DNA of 64,000 nt from Haplodiscus bocki (taxonomy: Eukaryota). Location: contig OZ296649.1 of NCBI GenBank assembly GCA_965655095.1, forward strand, positions 108,066,001 through 108,130,000, written 5' to 3'. The first letter of the stretch is position 1; every line of letters starts with the position of its first letter. Both the position numbers and the translations under genes were made by a program. The notes under the pieces were generated by a model. That model had not been told where the DNA came from. It made no database searches and saw nothing but the letters and a program-made list of their open reading frames with translations. Below are positions 26,501 through 40,300 of the stretch, one piece after another.

Positions 26501-29500
26501 TCTCCCTTGAGTAAACGACGAGATCGAATACCAAGATGAGTCAGCAATCACCGTCTCCGTTGAATTCTGGAACTTTTTGGATCTCGATGCAGGGACTAAA
26601 ACAAAAAATTTGAGAGCCAGAACCAACCCTTTTGGTGTAGTTTTGTTGATTGGGACCTCGATGAAGGAAATCAAGGCGGAAGTTGTGGAGAAACCCGGTG
26701 GATAGGAGAAATGAAAGAAAACTTGTGGTGACTTTTGCACTGTAGGACCACAGGCTCTTTGCTGGGAGGTCTTAGGAGAAGACATTATATCAAACACATT
26801 GAAAGGAGCTAAAAGCTGTTGATTGAGTCTTTGATGAAGGACTTCAAAGCTATTTTTACGAAGTAATAAGAGTTTCAATAAAGATACAAATCAATGTATT
26901 TCGTGTTTTTTGGGAGTAACTCATTATCAAGATTCTCTCTCGAAAATCAAAACAAAAAAAATCCATTGAACACTATCGCAAAAGCACGAACGTTGCAAAT
27001 GAGACCATGTTGTTTGAAAATAAAGTTGTTGTGTTAAAAAAATTAAGATCGAAGATCGAGATAATTCACTATTCACAGTCTCCTTTCACTTCTGAAACGT
27101 TTCTGATTTTGATGCAAAGAACCGGAGGAATAATTTTTAGGTCCAATCCTACTCGGTAGTTGTAATTTTTTCAAGGAGACCTTGAAGAAACAAAACAATC
27201 TTGTAGTTACGGATAAGCAATTTCCATAAACTATATAATTCAAAAAGCATTGCTATTTTTTGCAGTTTCTGACTGCGCTACATTGCTGGAAGGTGTTCAA
27301 GAAACGTTTTCTATTACAAATTTTTGTGCGAGCTAAAAAATAATTATTGAGAATTTGATGGAAGATTTTCAAACAGTTTTTACGAAGAAGAAAAAGTTTG
27401 AAAATGCAGAAAAATCTATCTTCATTTTGTTTTGTGGAAAGTTCTCAAATTCAGTGTTTTGTGTGAAGAATCGCAGTCGGGAAAAGTCTAAGCAATCTAC
27501 CTGCAAAATGTTCCCAGTTTTCCATTGAAGGCCTGCAGTTTTGGGGAAATACAAGGTCGATTACCGAGAAAAGTCAATATTCAGGGTCTCCTTTTCTTTT
27601 TGAAACTTTTCAGATTTTGAAGCGAAGAACAAAACAAAATAAAACCTTAATTGCATTCTACTCTAATGTTGATATTTCATTCAGGACCATGATGAAACAA
27701 ATTAAACCGGTTTTTACACAGAAAAACGTTCGATAATCGAGATAAAACAGAAATTATTATCGATTTTTTCCAATTTCGATCTACCGGGACCTTGCTGAAA
27801 AGTGTTCAGGAAAAACGTTCAATGAAAACTTTTTGTACGGGTTAAAAGTTATTGATTAAGGCCCTGATCGAAGAGTTTCAGCCTGTTTTTGCGATGAAGA
27901 AAGAGTTTGAATCAGAAGACAAAGCTGTCTTAATAGTGCTTTTTGAAAAATTCTCAAAATCAATTTTCTGTCCATTGAAGCGAATTGAAAAAATTCTAGA
28001 TAAAATTTCTATATGAAACTGAGAAGGTTAAAAGTTTTTGATGGTGCAGAACTTGGTTAAACTCAAGCCTGGAGTTAGAGAAAAGATGAGATCGAATTCC
28101 GATATCAGTCAATTTTCACAGTATGCTATGACTTCTGGACTTTTTCGGTTTTTGTTACAGGGGTTACAACAAAAAAATTGCGAGGCTCCTCCAACTCTCT
28201 TGGTGTAGTTTTTTTAATGAGACACCGATGAAACAATTCAAAGCGGTAAATTCGGAGGAATAGGGTCGATATTAGAAATGAACCGAAATTTGTAAGAACT
28301 TTCGTAATTCCGTTTTAACGGGACCTTGCTGGAATGTATTTGGACGATTCTTTTTGAAACACGCTGAAACGAGTTAAATGTTGTTGATTGAGAATTTGAT
28401 GAAAAGATTCCAGCTTGTATTTACGACGTAAGAAGATTTTGAAGAAAGTTACACATCAAGGTACTTAACACTTTTTGGAAACATCCCATTATCCGGGTGC
28501 AGTCTCGAAAATCGAAATGAAAAACTATGCAATTGATTACTCCAGCAAAAGTGTTAAACTTGTAACTGGGACCAAGTTGTTTGAAATTAAACTTCTAATG
28601 GTAGCAAAAGAAATTGGGAGCTGGCATCAGGATGAGTCAGTGTTCACAGTCTTTTTGACTTCTGGAAACTTTTGGAAAATGATGCAAGGAAATAAATGAA
28701 AAAAATTCAAGTCCAATCGCACTCCTTTACCGTAGATTATTTTGAAAATAGGACGTTCAAGAAACAAAACAACCAAGTAGTTACGGAGAAGAAGTTCGAC
28801 AATCGAGAATAGTCAAATTTTATGGACAGTTTTGCATTTTCGTACTACCAGGGCTTTGCTGGAAGATATTCAAGAAGAGTTCTCAATGAAACTCAATTTG
28901 CACTTTAGGTAATTTTCGTTGAGTCTTTGATGGAAGAATTGCAGCCTGTATTTACGATGAAAAAATTGTTCGAACATGAGACAAACCCAACCTAACTTTA
29001 TCTTCCGGAAAATTCCTGAAATCAGTTTTCTGTCCACTGATTTGAGTAAAAAGAATCTAGATGATAATTCTTGCAAATTTGAGAGTTTTCGATTGAGATC
29101 AATTTGATTGAAATTTAGCCTGCAGTTAGAGTAACGGAGGAGATCGAACACCAAGACGAGTCAGTTTTCACAGTCTTCTTTGACTACCGGATTTTTTCCG
29201 ATTTTGATGGCGGGAATAAAACTAATGAATTGAGAAACTCATCCATTTTTAGTATTCCAACTCTTCCAATTGGGACCTCGATGAAAAAAATCAAGCCAGT
29301 AGTTACGAAGAAACACGGTGGAAAAAAAATGAATTGAAACTTATGGAGATTTTTGCAGTTTTGGACCGCCGGGAACTTGCTGGGAGGTTTTTAGACGAAA
29401 AGTTCTATCAAACACGCCAAAACTAGCTGAAAGCTGTCGATTGAGTTTTGATGAAGGATTTCAAGGCTGTTTTAACGCAGTAATAGGAGTTCCAATAAAA

Positions 29501-30110
29501 AAAATCATTGTTTTTAGCCATTTTTTGAAAGATCTCCTTATAAAATTTCGTTCTCAAAAATCCAACAGAAAAAAAAATCATTCAATACTAATGCAACAAC
29601 ATGAAACTTCCAAATGAGATCATGCTGTTTTTAGTTATAAGTTTTGTGGAAAAAAAGATCGAACATCAAAATCAGTCGGTCTTCACAGCCTATTTTGACG
29701 TCTGAATTTTTCCTGATTTTGATGCAGAAAAAGAACAAAATGAATTTATTCTCCACTCCTATACTTTAAATGTTAATTTTTTGTCAGGGATGTCGAAAAA
29801 ACAAACCAACCAAGTTTTTTTGGATAAAAACGTTTTATGATCAAATTAAAACTATTTCTAAAGCATTTCTGTAATTTCGAACTACTGGGACCTTAGAGGA
29901 ACCCATTCAGACAATTTTTTTGAACACTCCAAAATGAATTAAAAGTTGTTGATGAGACCTTGATGGAAGAATTGCAGCCCGTGTTTCCGAAGTGAAAAGA
30001 TTTTGAACAAGGAAACGAATCAATGTTATAAACGCCTTTTGGAAATTTCTCACTATCAGCATTCTGTCACAATATTCCAAAGCACGAAACAATCCAATTG
30101 ACTCTAACTG

Positions 30111-31257
30111 GAAATTCGATTGCGTTGTTTTTCATTTCGTTTTTCGGGACTGAATCTTAATAGTGAGAAGTTTCCAAAATCGTAAATAACCTTGATGTGT
30201 AACTTGTTTCAAAAACTTGTTACGTCTTAAAAACAGGCTGGAAGGTTTTCATCACAGTCTCAATCAACAAATTTTAACGCGATTCGGCGTGTTTGAAAAA
30301 AACCGTCTCAATACCTCCCAGCAAGATCCCGGTATAACTGGATTACAAAAGTCATTACAAATATCGATTTATTTCAAATATCGTACCTGTTCCTCCCAAT
30401 TTACTGCTTTGATTTGTCTTATCGAGGTCCCAATAAAAAAAACCTACATTAAGAAAGTTGGAGGGGCCTCTCAATTTATTAGTTTCAACCCTTGTACCAA
30501 AAACCGAAAAGTGTCAGAAATCTTGGGAGACTGTGAAAATTGACTCATATTTGAGTTCAATCTCATCCTTTCCTCTGAATGCAGGTTTGATTCCAACTAA
30601 AATGATCTAAACCAAGACTTTTGAACCCTCGCAGGAAGTATCATCTAAATTGTTTTCAATTTACCAGAAATTTCTGGTAACTGAAAATTGATTTTAAGAT
30701 ATTTCCAAAGTGCACAATTAGGATAGATTTGACTTCAATTTCAAACTCTAACGTCTTCGTAAATACAGGCTGGAATTTTCCTGTCAAGTTCTCAATAAAC
30801 TTTTTTCATATCGCACAAAAAGTATTGATAGAACACTTTTCTTGAAAACCTTCCAACAACCTCCCGGTAATCTGGAATTGCAAAAACTGCCATGAATTTT
30901 GATTTATGTTGATTAACGAACGCGTTTTTCCTTTACTGCCTGGTTGGTTTTTTTTCCTGGAGATCCCAATCGAAAGCAACTACAATGAAACAGTAGAACG
31001 GGACTTGAATCATCTTTTTTTTGTTAAATGCAGCGAACTCCGAAGAATTCCAGAAGTAAGAAGAAATAGAGAATTTTGAATCATTTTGATGTTCGATCTC
31101 AACTTTTCTCCAACTCCAGGCCTCATCTCGACATTTCAACCAACTAGATCTTTTCGAGAACTTTGAAACATTGCAGGAGGGATCATTTAGATTTTTTTTC
31201 AATTCGTTTCCTTGGACAAAAAACTGATATTGAGAAGTTTCCGAAGAGAACTACTGT
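30111..31257 (-). repeat. Inverted satellite block, copy 3
   Basis: Near-identical to 25360-26500 at an offset of ~4751-4757, with the same two junction sequences. Confidence 0.95.
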
Positions 31258-32849
31258 TCTCCCTTGAGTAAACGACGAGATCGAATACCAAGATGAGTCA
31301 GCAATCACCGTCTCCGTTGAATTCTGGAACTTTTTGGATCTCGATGCAGGGACTAAAACAAAAAATTTGAGAGCCAGAACCAACCCTTTTGGTGTAGTTT
31401 TGTTGATTGGGACCTCGATGAAGGAAATCAAGGCGGAAGTTGAGGAGAAACCCGGTGGATAGGAGAAATGAAAGAAAACTTGTGGTGACTTTTGCACTGT
31501 AGGACCACAGGCTCTTTGCTGGGAGGTCTTAGGAGAAGACATTATATCAAACACTTTGAAAGGAGCTAAAATCTGTTGATTGAGTCTTTGATGAAGGACT
31601 TCAAAGCTATTTTTACGAAGTAATAAGAGTTTCAATAAAGATACAAATCAATGTATTTCGTGTTTTTTGGGAGTAACTCATTATCAAGATTCTCTCTCGA
31701 AAATCAAAACAAAAAAATCCATTGAACACTATCGCAAAAGCACGAACGTTGCAAATGAGACCATGTTGTTTGAAAATAAAGTTGTTGTGTTAAAAAAATT
31801 AAGATCGAAGATCGAGATAATTCACTATTCACAGTCTCCTTTCACTTCTGAAACGTTTCTGATTTTGATGCAAAGAACCGGAGGAATAATTTTTAGGTCC
31901 AATCCTACTCGGTAGTTGTAATTTTTTCAAGGAGACCTTGAAGAAACAAAACAATCTTGTAGTTACGGATAAGCAATTTCCATAAACTATATAATTCAAA
32001 AAGCATTGCTATTTTTTGCAGTTTCTGACTGCGCTACATTGCTGGAAGGTGTTCAAGAAACGTTTTCTATTACAAATTTTTGTGCGAGCTAGAAAGTAAT
32101 TATTGAGAATTTGATGGAAGATTTTCAAACAGTTTTTACGAAGAAGAAAAAGTTTGAAAATGCAGAAAAATCTATCTTCATTTTGTTTTGTGGAAAGTTC
32201 TCAAATTCAGTGTTTTGTGTGAAGAATCGCAGTCGGGAAAAGTCTAAGCAATCTACCTTCAAAATGTTCCCAGCTTTCCATTGAAGGCCTGCAGTCTTGG
32301 GGAAATACAAGGTCGATTACCGAGAAAAGTCAATATTCAGGGTCTTCTTTTCTTTTTGAAACTTTTCAGATTTTGAAGCGAAGAACAAAACAAAATAAAA
32401 CGTTAATTGCATTCTACTCTAACGTTGATATTTCATTCAGGACCATGATGAAACAAATTAAACCGGTTTTTACACAGAAAAACGTTCGATAATCGAGATA
32501 AAACAGAAATTATTATCGATTTTTTCCAATTTCGATCTACCGGGACCTTGCTGAAAAGTGTTCAGGAAAAACGTTCAATGAAAACATTTTGTACGGGTTA
32601 AAAGTTATTGATTAAGGCCCTGATTGAAGAGTTTCAGCCTGTTTTTGCGATGAAGAAAGAGTTTGAATCAGAAGACAAAGCTGTCTTAATAGTGCTTTTT
32701 GAAAAATTCTCAAAATCAATTTTCTGTCCATTGAAGCGAATTGAAAGAAATCTAGATAAAAATTCTATATGAAACTGAGAAGGTTAAAAGTTTTTGATGG
32801 AGCAGAACTTGGTTAAACTCAAGCCTGGAGTTAGAGAAAAGATGAGATC

Positions 32850-34370
32850 GAACACCAAGATGAGTCAAAAATCACAGTCTTCTTGGACTTCTGGAACTTT
32901 TCGGATTTTGATGCAGGGAATAAAACTAATAATTTGAGAATCCCATCCAATTCTACTTGTGTGATTGTTCCAAAAGGAAACTCGATGAAACAACTCAAGC
33001 CTGTAGTTAAGGACAAACACGGTGGATAAGTGAAATGAATCAAAAATTGTGATGATTGCTCCAATTTCGGACTACTGGGACCTTGCTGGAATGTAATTAG
33101 ACAATTTTTTTTCAATTACTACACAGTCTACTTTGACTTTCGGAACTTTTTGGTTTTTGATGCAAGGGTTAGAAATAATAGTTTGGGAGTCCCATCCAAG
33201 TCTCTCGGTGTAATTCTTTCTGTTGGGATCTCGACGAAACAAATCAACGCGGTAGTTTCGGAGCAACATGGTGGATAAGAGAAATGAATCGAATTTCGAA
33301 ATGACTTTTGTAATTCCATTCTACCGGGACCTTACTGGATTACTGGAAAGTATTTCTTTTTCAAACACGCTGGAACGAGTTAAAAGTTGTTGATTGAGAC
33401 TTTGATGGAGGAATTCAAGCCCGTTTTCACAAAGTGAGAATAGTTTGAAAAAAGTTACACAGCAAGGTTATCAAAGCTTTTTGGAAACTTCTCACTATCG
33501 GATTGTGTCTGAAAAATGAGATTGAAAATAAATTCCAATTGGTTACTACTGCAAAAATCTATTTTTTGCGAATAAGACCTTGCGATTCTAAATCAAACTT
33601 GTGGTGGTAAAGAAAATGAGATCGAACTTCAAAATATTTTTTTATTCACAGTCTTCTTGGAATTTTTCGGATTTTGATGCAAGGAACAGAATGAAAAAAT
33701 TTCAAGTACAACCTCACTCCGTTGTTGTATTTTGTTTTCTACTGGACCTTGAAGAAACGAAACAACCAGGTAGTGACGAATGAAAACGTTCGATAATCGA
33801 AACCAATCAGTTTTTTTTTAGAAGTTTTTGCCTTTTGGGTCTATCAGGACCTTATTGCAAGGTATTGATTCGCAGATTTATATCACTACCATTTTTACGA
33901 GTTAGAGGTTTTTGATTGAGGCCATAAAGGGAGAACTCCAGCCTGTATTTACGAAGAAGAAAGAGTTTGATTATGGACACAATTCCGTCGTAGTGTTTTT
34001 TAAGAAAATTCTCAATACCAGTATTCTTTGGAAAGACTCCAAATCAATTAAAAAAATGGTAGAATCTTCCTGCAAATGTTCACATTTTTCAATTGGGACC
34101 AAGCTGCTTCAAAAGAACCCTGTAATTATGGTAAAATATGAGTTCGCACACGTAGATAAGTCGAGCTTCACCGTCTTCTGACTTCTGGAAGTTTCGTATT
34201 TTGATCCAAGAACAAAAAAAAGAAATTTCAATCGGTTTCTAGTCTAAGTGTAGATTTTCCTTTAGGACCGTGATTCCTTTAGGCGAATCAACCCCGTTTT
34301 TACCGAGAAACACGTTCGGTAAACGAGATAGAACAAAATTTATAACGATTTTTTAAAATTTCGGGCCTTG
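32850..34370 (+). repeat. Diverged single-copy monomers between two HOR domains
   Basis: Monomer motifs are present (anchors at ~33392 and ~33913) with a phase jump at ~33120. No near-identical copy was seen elsewhere in the window. Confidence 0.8.
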
Positions 34371-37300
34371 CTGGAAAGTATTCAAGAAAAGCTTTCAATG
34401 AAAACCATTTGTACGTGTTAATTGTTTTCGAATGAACCTTTGATGGATAAATTCCAATCTAAATTTAGGACGAAGAAGGAGTTCGAATTTGGAGACATAT
34501 CTATCTTGAAGATACTTTTTGGAAATTTCTCACAATCAATTTTCTGTCCAGTGAAGCGAAATGAAAAAATTCAGATGATACCTGCTGCAAATGTTAGAAG
34601 TCTTCGATTGGAATCAAGTTGGTTGAAATCCAGGCTGCAGTTAGGTAAAAGTTTGAGATCGAACAACAAGACGAGTCAAGTTTCACAGATTTCTTTGACT
34701 TCTGGAACTTTTCGGTTTCTGATGCAAGGACTAAAACTAAAAAACTGAGAGTCGGCTCCACCGCAATTTGAGTAAATGTTCCGAATGCGACCTCGATGGA
34801 ACAACTCAGGCCGGTACTTGAGGAGAATCACTGGGGATAGAAAAAAGAAGCAAAATTTGTACTGATTTTTGAAATTTCGGACTACCGGGACCTTGCTGGA
34901 AAGTATTCATGAAATTTTTCAATCAAAACTATTTGTAGGAGTTAAAAATTATTGAATGGGGCATTGAAGGAAGATGCTCAGTATTGCAGCCTGTATTTAC
35001 GATGAAGAAAGATGTTGAAGGTGGAGACAAATGTGTCTCAAAGGTGCTTTTCGAAAATTTCTCGAAACCACTTTTCTGTCCACAGAAGCGAATTGAAAAA
35101 AGTCAAGATGATACTTCCTACAGAGGTTTAATGTTTTCGATTGAGATCAAATTGGTTGAAATCAAGCCTGCAGTTAGAGAGAATGATGATATCGAACACC
35201 AAGATGAGTCAAAGTTCATATTTGCCCATGGCCTTTGGAACTTTTCGGATTTTGATGCAGGGATTAAAAATATTCGTTTCAGATAAGCATCCGTTTTTAT
35301 TGATTCAGTTTTTTTTGTTTTGGAACATGATCAAGTAAAACAAGCCGGTATTTAAGGAGAAACAAGGTGAATAAAAGAAATCAGTCAAAATTTGTGATGA
35401 CTTTTGCATTTTCGGACTAACGGGAGTTCGCTGGAAGGTATCTAGACATCAAGTTTTCTCGGATACGCCAAAAGAAACTGAAGGCTGTTGATTCAGTCTT
35501 TGTTGAACGAATTCAAGGCTGTACATACGAAGTAAGAGAAATTTCAAAACAGATACAAATAACTGTTATTGGCACTTTTGGAATTATCTCCTTATCAACA
35601 TTCTTTTTCAAAAATTGAAATGAAGAAAAAATCCATCGAATACTATTGCAACAGCTTTAACTTTTCAAATCAGACTGTCCCGCTTGGAATTAAAATTGTT
35701 GTGGTAAATAAAAAGATCGAACATCAAGAGAAGCCAGTGTTCACAGTCTATTTCGACTGCTGAAATTTCCCTGGTTTTGATGCAAAAAATGAGCAAAATG
35801 ACTTTATTGTTCAACCTCATTCTTTTTTTTCGTCTAAAAGTAAAAGAAACAAACCAACTAGTTGTTTATGGAGAAAAACATTACAAGATCAAGATAAAAC
35901 AATTTTTATAGCAATTTTCATTTTTTCGAACTACTGGTACCTTGGAGGAACGCATTTAGACATTCTTTTTTCGAACACCCCAAAACAATTTAAAGATTGT
36001 TCATTAAGATTATGCTGAAAGAATTGCAGCCCATTTTTGCGAATTGAGAAGAGTTTGAATAAGGAAACAAATCAATGTTAATACCGTCTTCTGGATAGTT
36101 TTCACTAACAACATTCTGTCCCAAGGTTCAAAATGATGAGAAAATACAAATGACCACAACTGGAAAAACGTAACTTTTGTAATTGAAGCCATGCGGTTGG
36201 AAAATAAACTTGTAGTGGAAAAGAAATGAGATCGAACATCAAGATATTTCAGTATTCACATTCCTTTCATCTTGTGGAGTTTTTCGGATTTTGACGCAAG
36301 CAACAAAATAAGAAATTGCAAGTCTAATCTCACCCTTTTGTTGTGACTTTGTTTTCAGATGGACGTTGAATACACAAAAAGACCAGTTAAGTACGGAGAA
36401 AAACGTTCGACAATCGACAAAAACCAAACTTTGGGGAGATTTTGGCCTTTTGGGGCTACCAGGACCTTGCTGTAAGGTATTCAGAAAAGGTTTCTCATGA
36501 AAAACCCTCTGTACGTGTTGAATAATACTGATTGAGTCTTTGACGGAAGCGTTGCAGCCTGTTATTACGATGAAGAAAGAGTTTGAATGTGGAGAGGAAA
36601 GTGTCTTAGAAGAGCTTTTGAGAACCTTGTTAAAATCAGTTTTCTGTCCACAGAAGCAAAATGAAAAAATGTCTGAATGATATTTCCTCCATAGGTTTGA
36701 AGTTTCCGTTTGAGATCAAAATGGTTGAAGTCAAGTTTTCAGTTAGAGAGAAGGAGGAGATCGAACACCAAGATGAGTCAAAAATCACATTCTTCTTAGG
36801 CCATTGGAACTTTTCGGATTTTGATGCAGGAACCAAATTTTTGATTTGAGAAACCCATCAATTTTTATCGGTCGATTTTTTTTGATTGGAACCTCGATGG
36901 GGTAAAAAAAACCGGTTGTTACGCAGAAACAATTGAATAAAAGAAATCAATCAAAATTTGTGATGTCTTTTGCAATATAAATCTAACGGGACCTTGCTGG
37001 AAAGTATTCGAGAAAAGCTTTGAATGAAAACCATTTGTACGTGTTAATTGTTATTGAATGAACCTTTGATGGAAAAATTTCAACCTAACGTTCGGATGAA
37101 GAAAGAGTTCGAATATGGAGACATATCTATCTTGAAGATCCTTTTTGGAAATTTCTCACAATCAATTTTCTGTCCAGTGAAGCGAAATGAAAAGTTTAAG
37201 ATGAAAGCTGCTGCAAATGTTAGAAGTCTTCGATTGAAATCAAGTTGGTTGAAATCCAGGCGGCAGTTAGATAAAAGTTTGAGGTCGAAAACCAAGACGA

Positions 37301-40300
37301 GTCAAATTTCACAGACTTCTTTGACTTCTGGAACTTTTCGGTTTCTGATGCAATGATTAAAACTAAAACTTTGAGAGTCGGCTCCACCGCCATTTGAGTA
37401 TTTGTTCCGAAAGCAACCTCGATGGAACAACTCAGGCCGGTATTTGAAGAGAATCACTGGGGATAGAAAAAAGAAGCAAAATTGGTAGTGAATTTTGAAA
37501 TTTCGGACTACCGGGATCTTGATGGAAAGTATTCATGAAATTTTTCAATCAAAACTATTTGTAGGAGTTAAAAATTATTGAATGGGGCATTGAAGGAAGA
37601 TGCTCAGTATTGCAGCCTGTATTTACGATGAAGAAAGATGTTGAATATGGAGACAAATGTGTCTCAAAGGTGCTTTTCGAAAATTTCTCGAAACCACTTT
37701 TCTGTCCACAGAAGCGAATTGAAAAAAGTCAAGATGATACTTCCTACAGAGGTTTAATGTTTTCGATTGAGATCAAATTGGTTGAAATCAAGCCTGCAGT
37801 TAGAGAGAATGATGATATCGAACACCAAGATGAGTCAAAGTTCATATTTGCCCATGGCATTTGGAACTTTTCGGATTTTGATGCAGGGATTAAAAATATT
37901 CGTTTCAGATAAACATCCGTTTTTATTGATTCAGTTTTTTTGTTTTGGAACATGATCAAGTAAAACAAGCCGGTATTTACGGAGAAACAAGGTGAATAAA
38001 AGAAATCAGTCAAAATTTGTGATGACTTTTGCAATTTTGGACTAACGAGAGTTCGCTGGAAGGTATCTAGACAACAAGTTTTCTAGGACACGCCAAAATA
38101 AACTGGAGGCTGTTGATTCAGTCTTTGTTGAACGAATTCAAGGCTGTACTTACGAAATAAGAAAAATTTCAGACCAGATACAAATAACTGTTATTGGCAT
38201 TTTTGGAAATATATCCTTATCAAGATTATTTTTCAACAATTGAAATGAAGAAAAAATCCATCGAATACTGTTGCAACAGCTTTAACTTTGCAAATCAGAC
38301 TGTCCCGCTTGGAATTAAAATTGTTGTGGTAAATAAAAAGATCGAATATCAGGAGAAGCCAGTGTTCACAGTCTATTTCGACTTCTGAATTTTTCCTGGT
38401 TTTGATGCAAAAAATGAGCAAAATGACTTTATTGTTCAACCTCATTCTTTTTTTTCGTCAAAAAGTAAAAAAACAAACCAACTAGTTGTTTATGGAGAAA
38501 AACATTACATGATCAAGATAAAACAATTTTTATAGCATTTTTCATTTTTTCGAACTGCTGGTACCCTGGAGGAACTCATTTGAACATTCTTTTTTCGAAC
38601 ACCCCAAAATAAATTAAAGATTGTTCATTAAGACTATGCTGAAAGAATTACAGCCCATATTTGCGAATTGAGAAGAGTTTGAATAAGGAAACAAATCAAT
38701 GTTAATACCGCCTTCTGGATAATTTTCACTAACAACATTCTGTCCCAAGATTCAAAATGATAAGAAAATACAAATGACCACAACTGGAAAAACGTAACTT
38801 TTGTAATTGAAGCCATGCGGTTGGAAAATAAACTTGTAGTGGAAAAGAAATGAGATCGAACATCAAGATATTTTAGTATTCACATTCCTTTCAACTTGTG
38901 GAGTTTTTCGGATTTTGACGCAAGCAACAAAATAAGAAATTGCAAGTCTAATCTCACCCTTTTGTTGTGACTTTGTTTTCAGATGGACGTTCAATACACA
39001 AAAAGACCAGTTAAGTACGGAGAAAAACGTTCGACAATCAACAAAAACCAAACTTTGGGGAGATTTTGGCCTTTTGGGGCTACCAGGACCTTGCTGTAAG
39101 GTTTTCAGAAAAGGTTTCTCATGAAAATCCCTCTTTACGTGTTGAATAATACTGATTGAGATTTTGACGGAAGCGTTGCAGCCTGTTATTACGATGAAGA
39201 AAGAGTTTGAATGTGGAGAGGAAAGTGTCTTAGAAGAGCTTTTGAGAACCTTGTTAAAATCAGTTTTCTGTCCACAGAAGCAAAATGAAAAAATGTCTGA
39301 ATGATATTTCCTCCATAGGTTTGAAGTTTCCGTTTGAGATCAAAATGGTTGAAGTCAAGTTTTCAGTTAGAGAGAAGGAGGAGATCGAACACCAAGATGA
39401 GTCAAAAATCACATTCTTCTTAGGCCATTGGAACTTTTCGGATTTTGATGCAGGAACCAAATTTTTGATTTGAGAAACCCATCAATTTTTATTGGTCGAA
39501 TTTTTTTGATTGGAACCTCGATGGGGTAAAAGAAACCGGTTGTTACGCAGAAACACTTGAATAAAAGAAATCAATCAAAATTTGTGATGTCTTTTGCAAT
39601 TTAAAGCTAACGGGACCTTGCTGGAAAGTATTCGCGAAAAGCTTTCAATGAAAACCAATTGTACGTGTTGATTATTATTGAATGAACCTTTGATGGAAAA
39701 ATTTCAACCTAACGTTAGGATGAAGAAAGAGTTCGACTATGGAGACATATCTATCTTGAAGATCCTTTTTGGAAATTTCTCACAATCATTTTTCTGTCCA
39801 GTGAAGCGAAATGAAAAGTTTAAGATGAAAGCTGCTGCAAATGTTAGAAGTCTTCGATTGAAATCAAGTTGGTTGAAATCCAGGCTGCAGTTAGATAAAA
39901 GTTTGAGTTCGAATACCGAGACGAGTCAAATTTAACAGATTTCTTTGACTTCTGGAACTTTTCGGTTTCCGATGCCAGGACTAAAATTAAAAATTTGAGA
40001 GTCGGCTCCACCGCCATTTGAGTATTTGTTCCGAATGCAACCTTGATGGAACAACTCAGGCCGGTATTTAAAGAGAATCACTGGGGATAGAAAAAAGAAG
40101 CAAAATTTGTAGTGAATTTTGAAGTTTCGGTCTACCGGGACCTTGCTGGAAGGTATTCATGAAATTTTTCAATCAAAACTATTTGTAGGAGTTAAAATTT
40201 ATTGAATGGGGCATTGAAGGAAGATGTTCAGCATTGCAGCCTGTATTTACGATGAAGAAAGATGTTGAATATGGAGACAAATGTGTCTTAAAGGTGCTTT

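Larger units (their letters stand above)
17055..32850. repeat. ~4755 bp HOR containing an internal inversion: rearranged copy 1 (17055-23335), copy 2 (23335-28088), copy 3 (28088-32850)
   Basis: ORF offsets: 22616 to 27369 to 32125 (4753, 4756); 23722 to 28475 (4753); 26426 to 31183 (4757); 17445 to 23722 (6277, copy 1). Confidence 0.92.

Noticed and set aside
19085-31257. Inverted blocks as transposon terminal inverted repeats or recombinase-driven invertible switches
   Set aside because: They are reverse-complement satellite, all in the same orientation with identical junctions. No target-site duplication, transposase or flanking recombination sites are evident.
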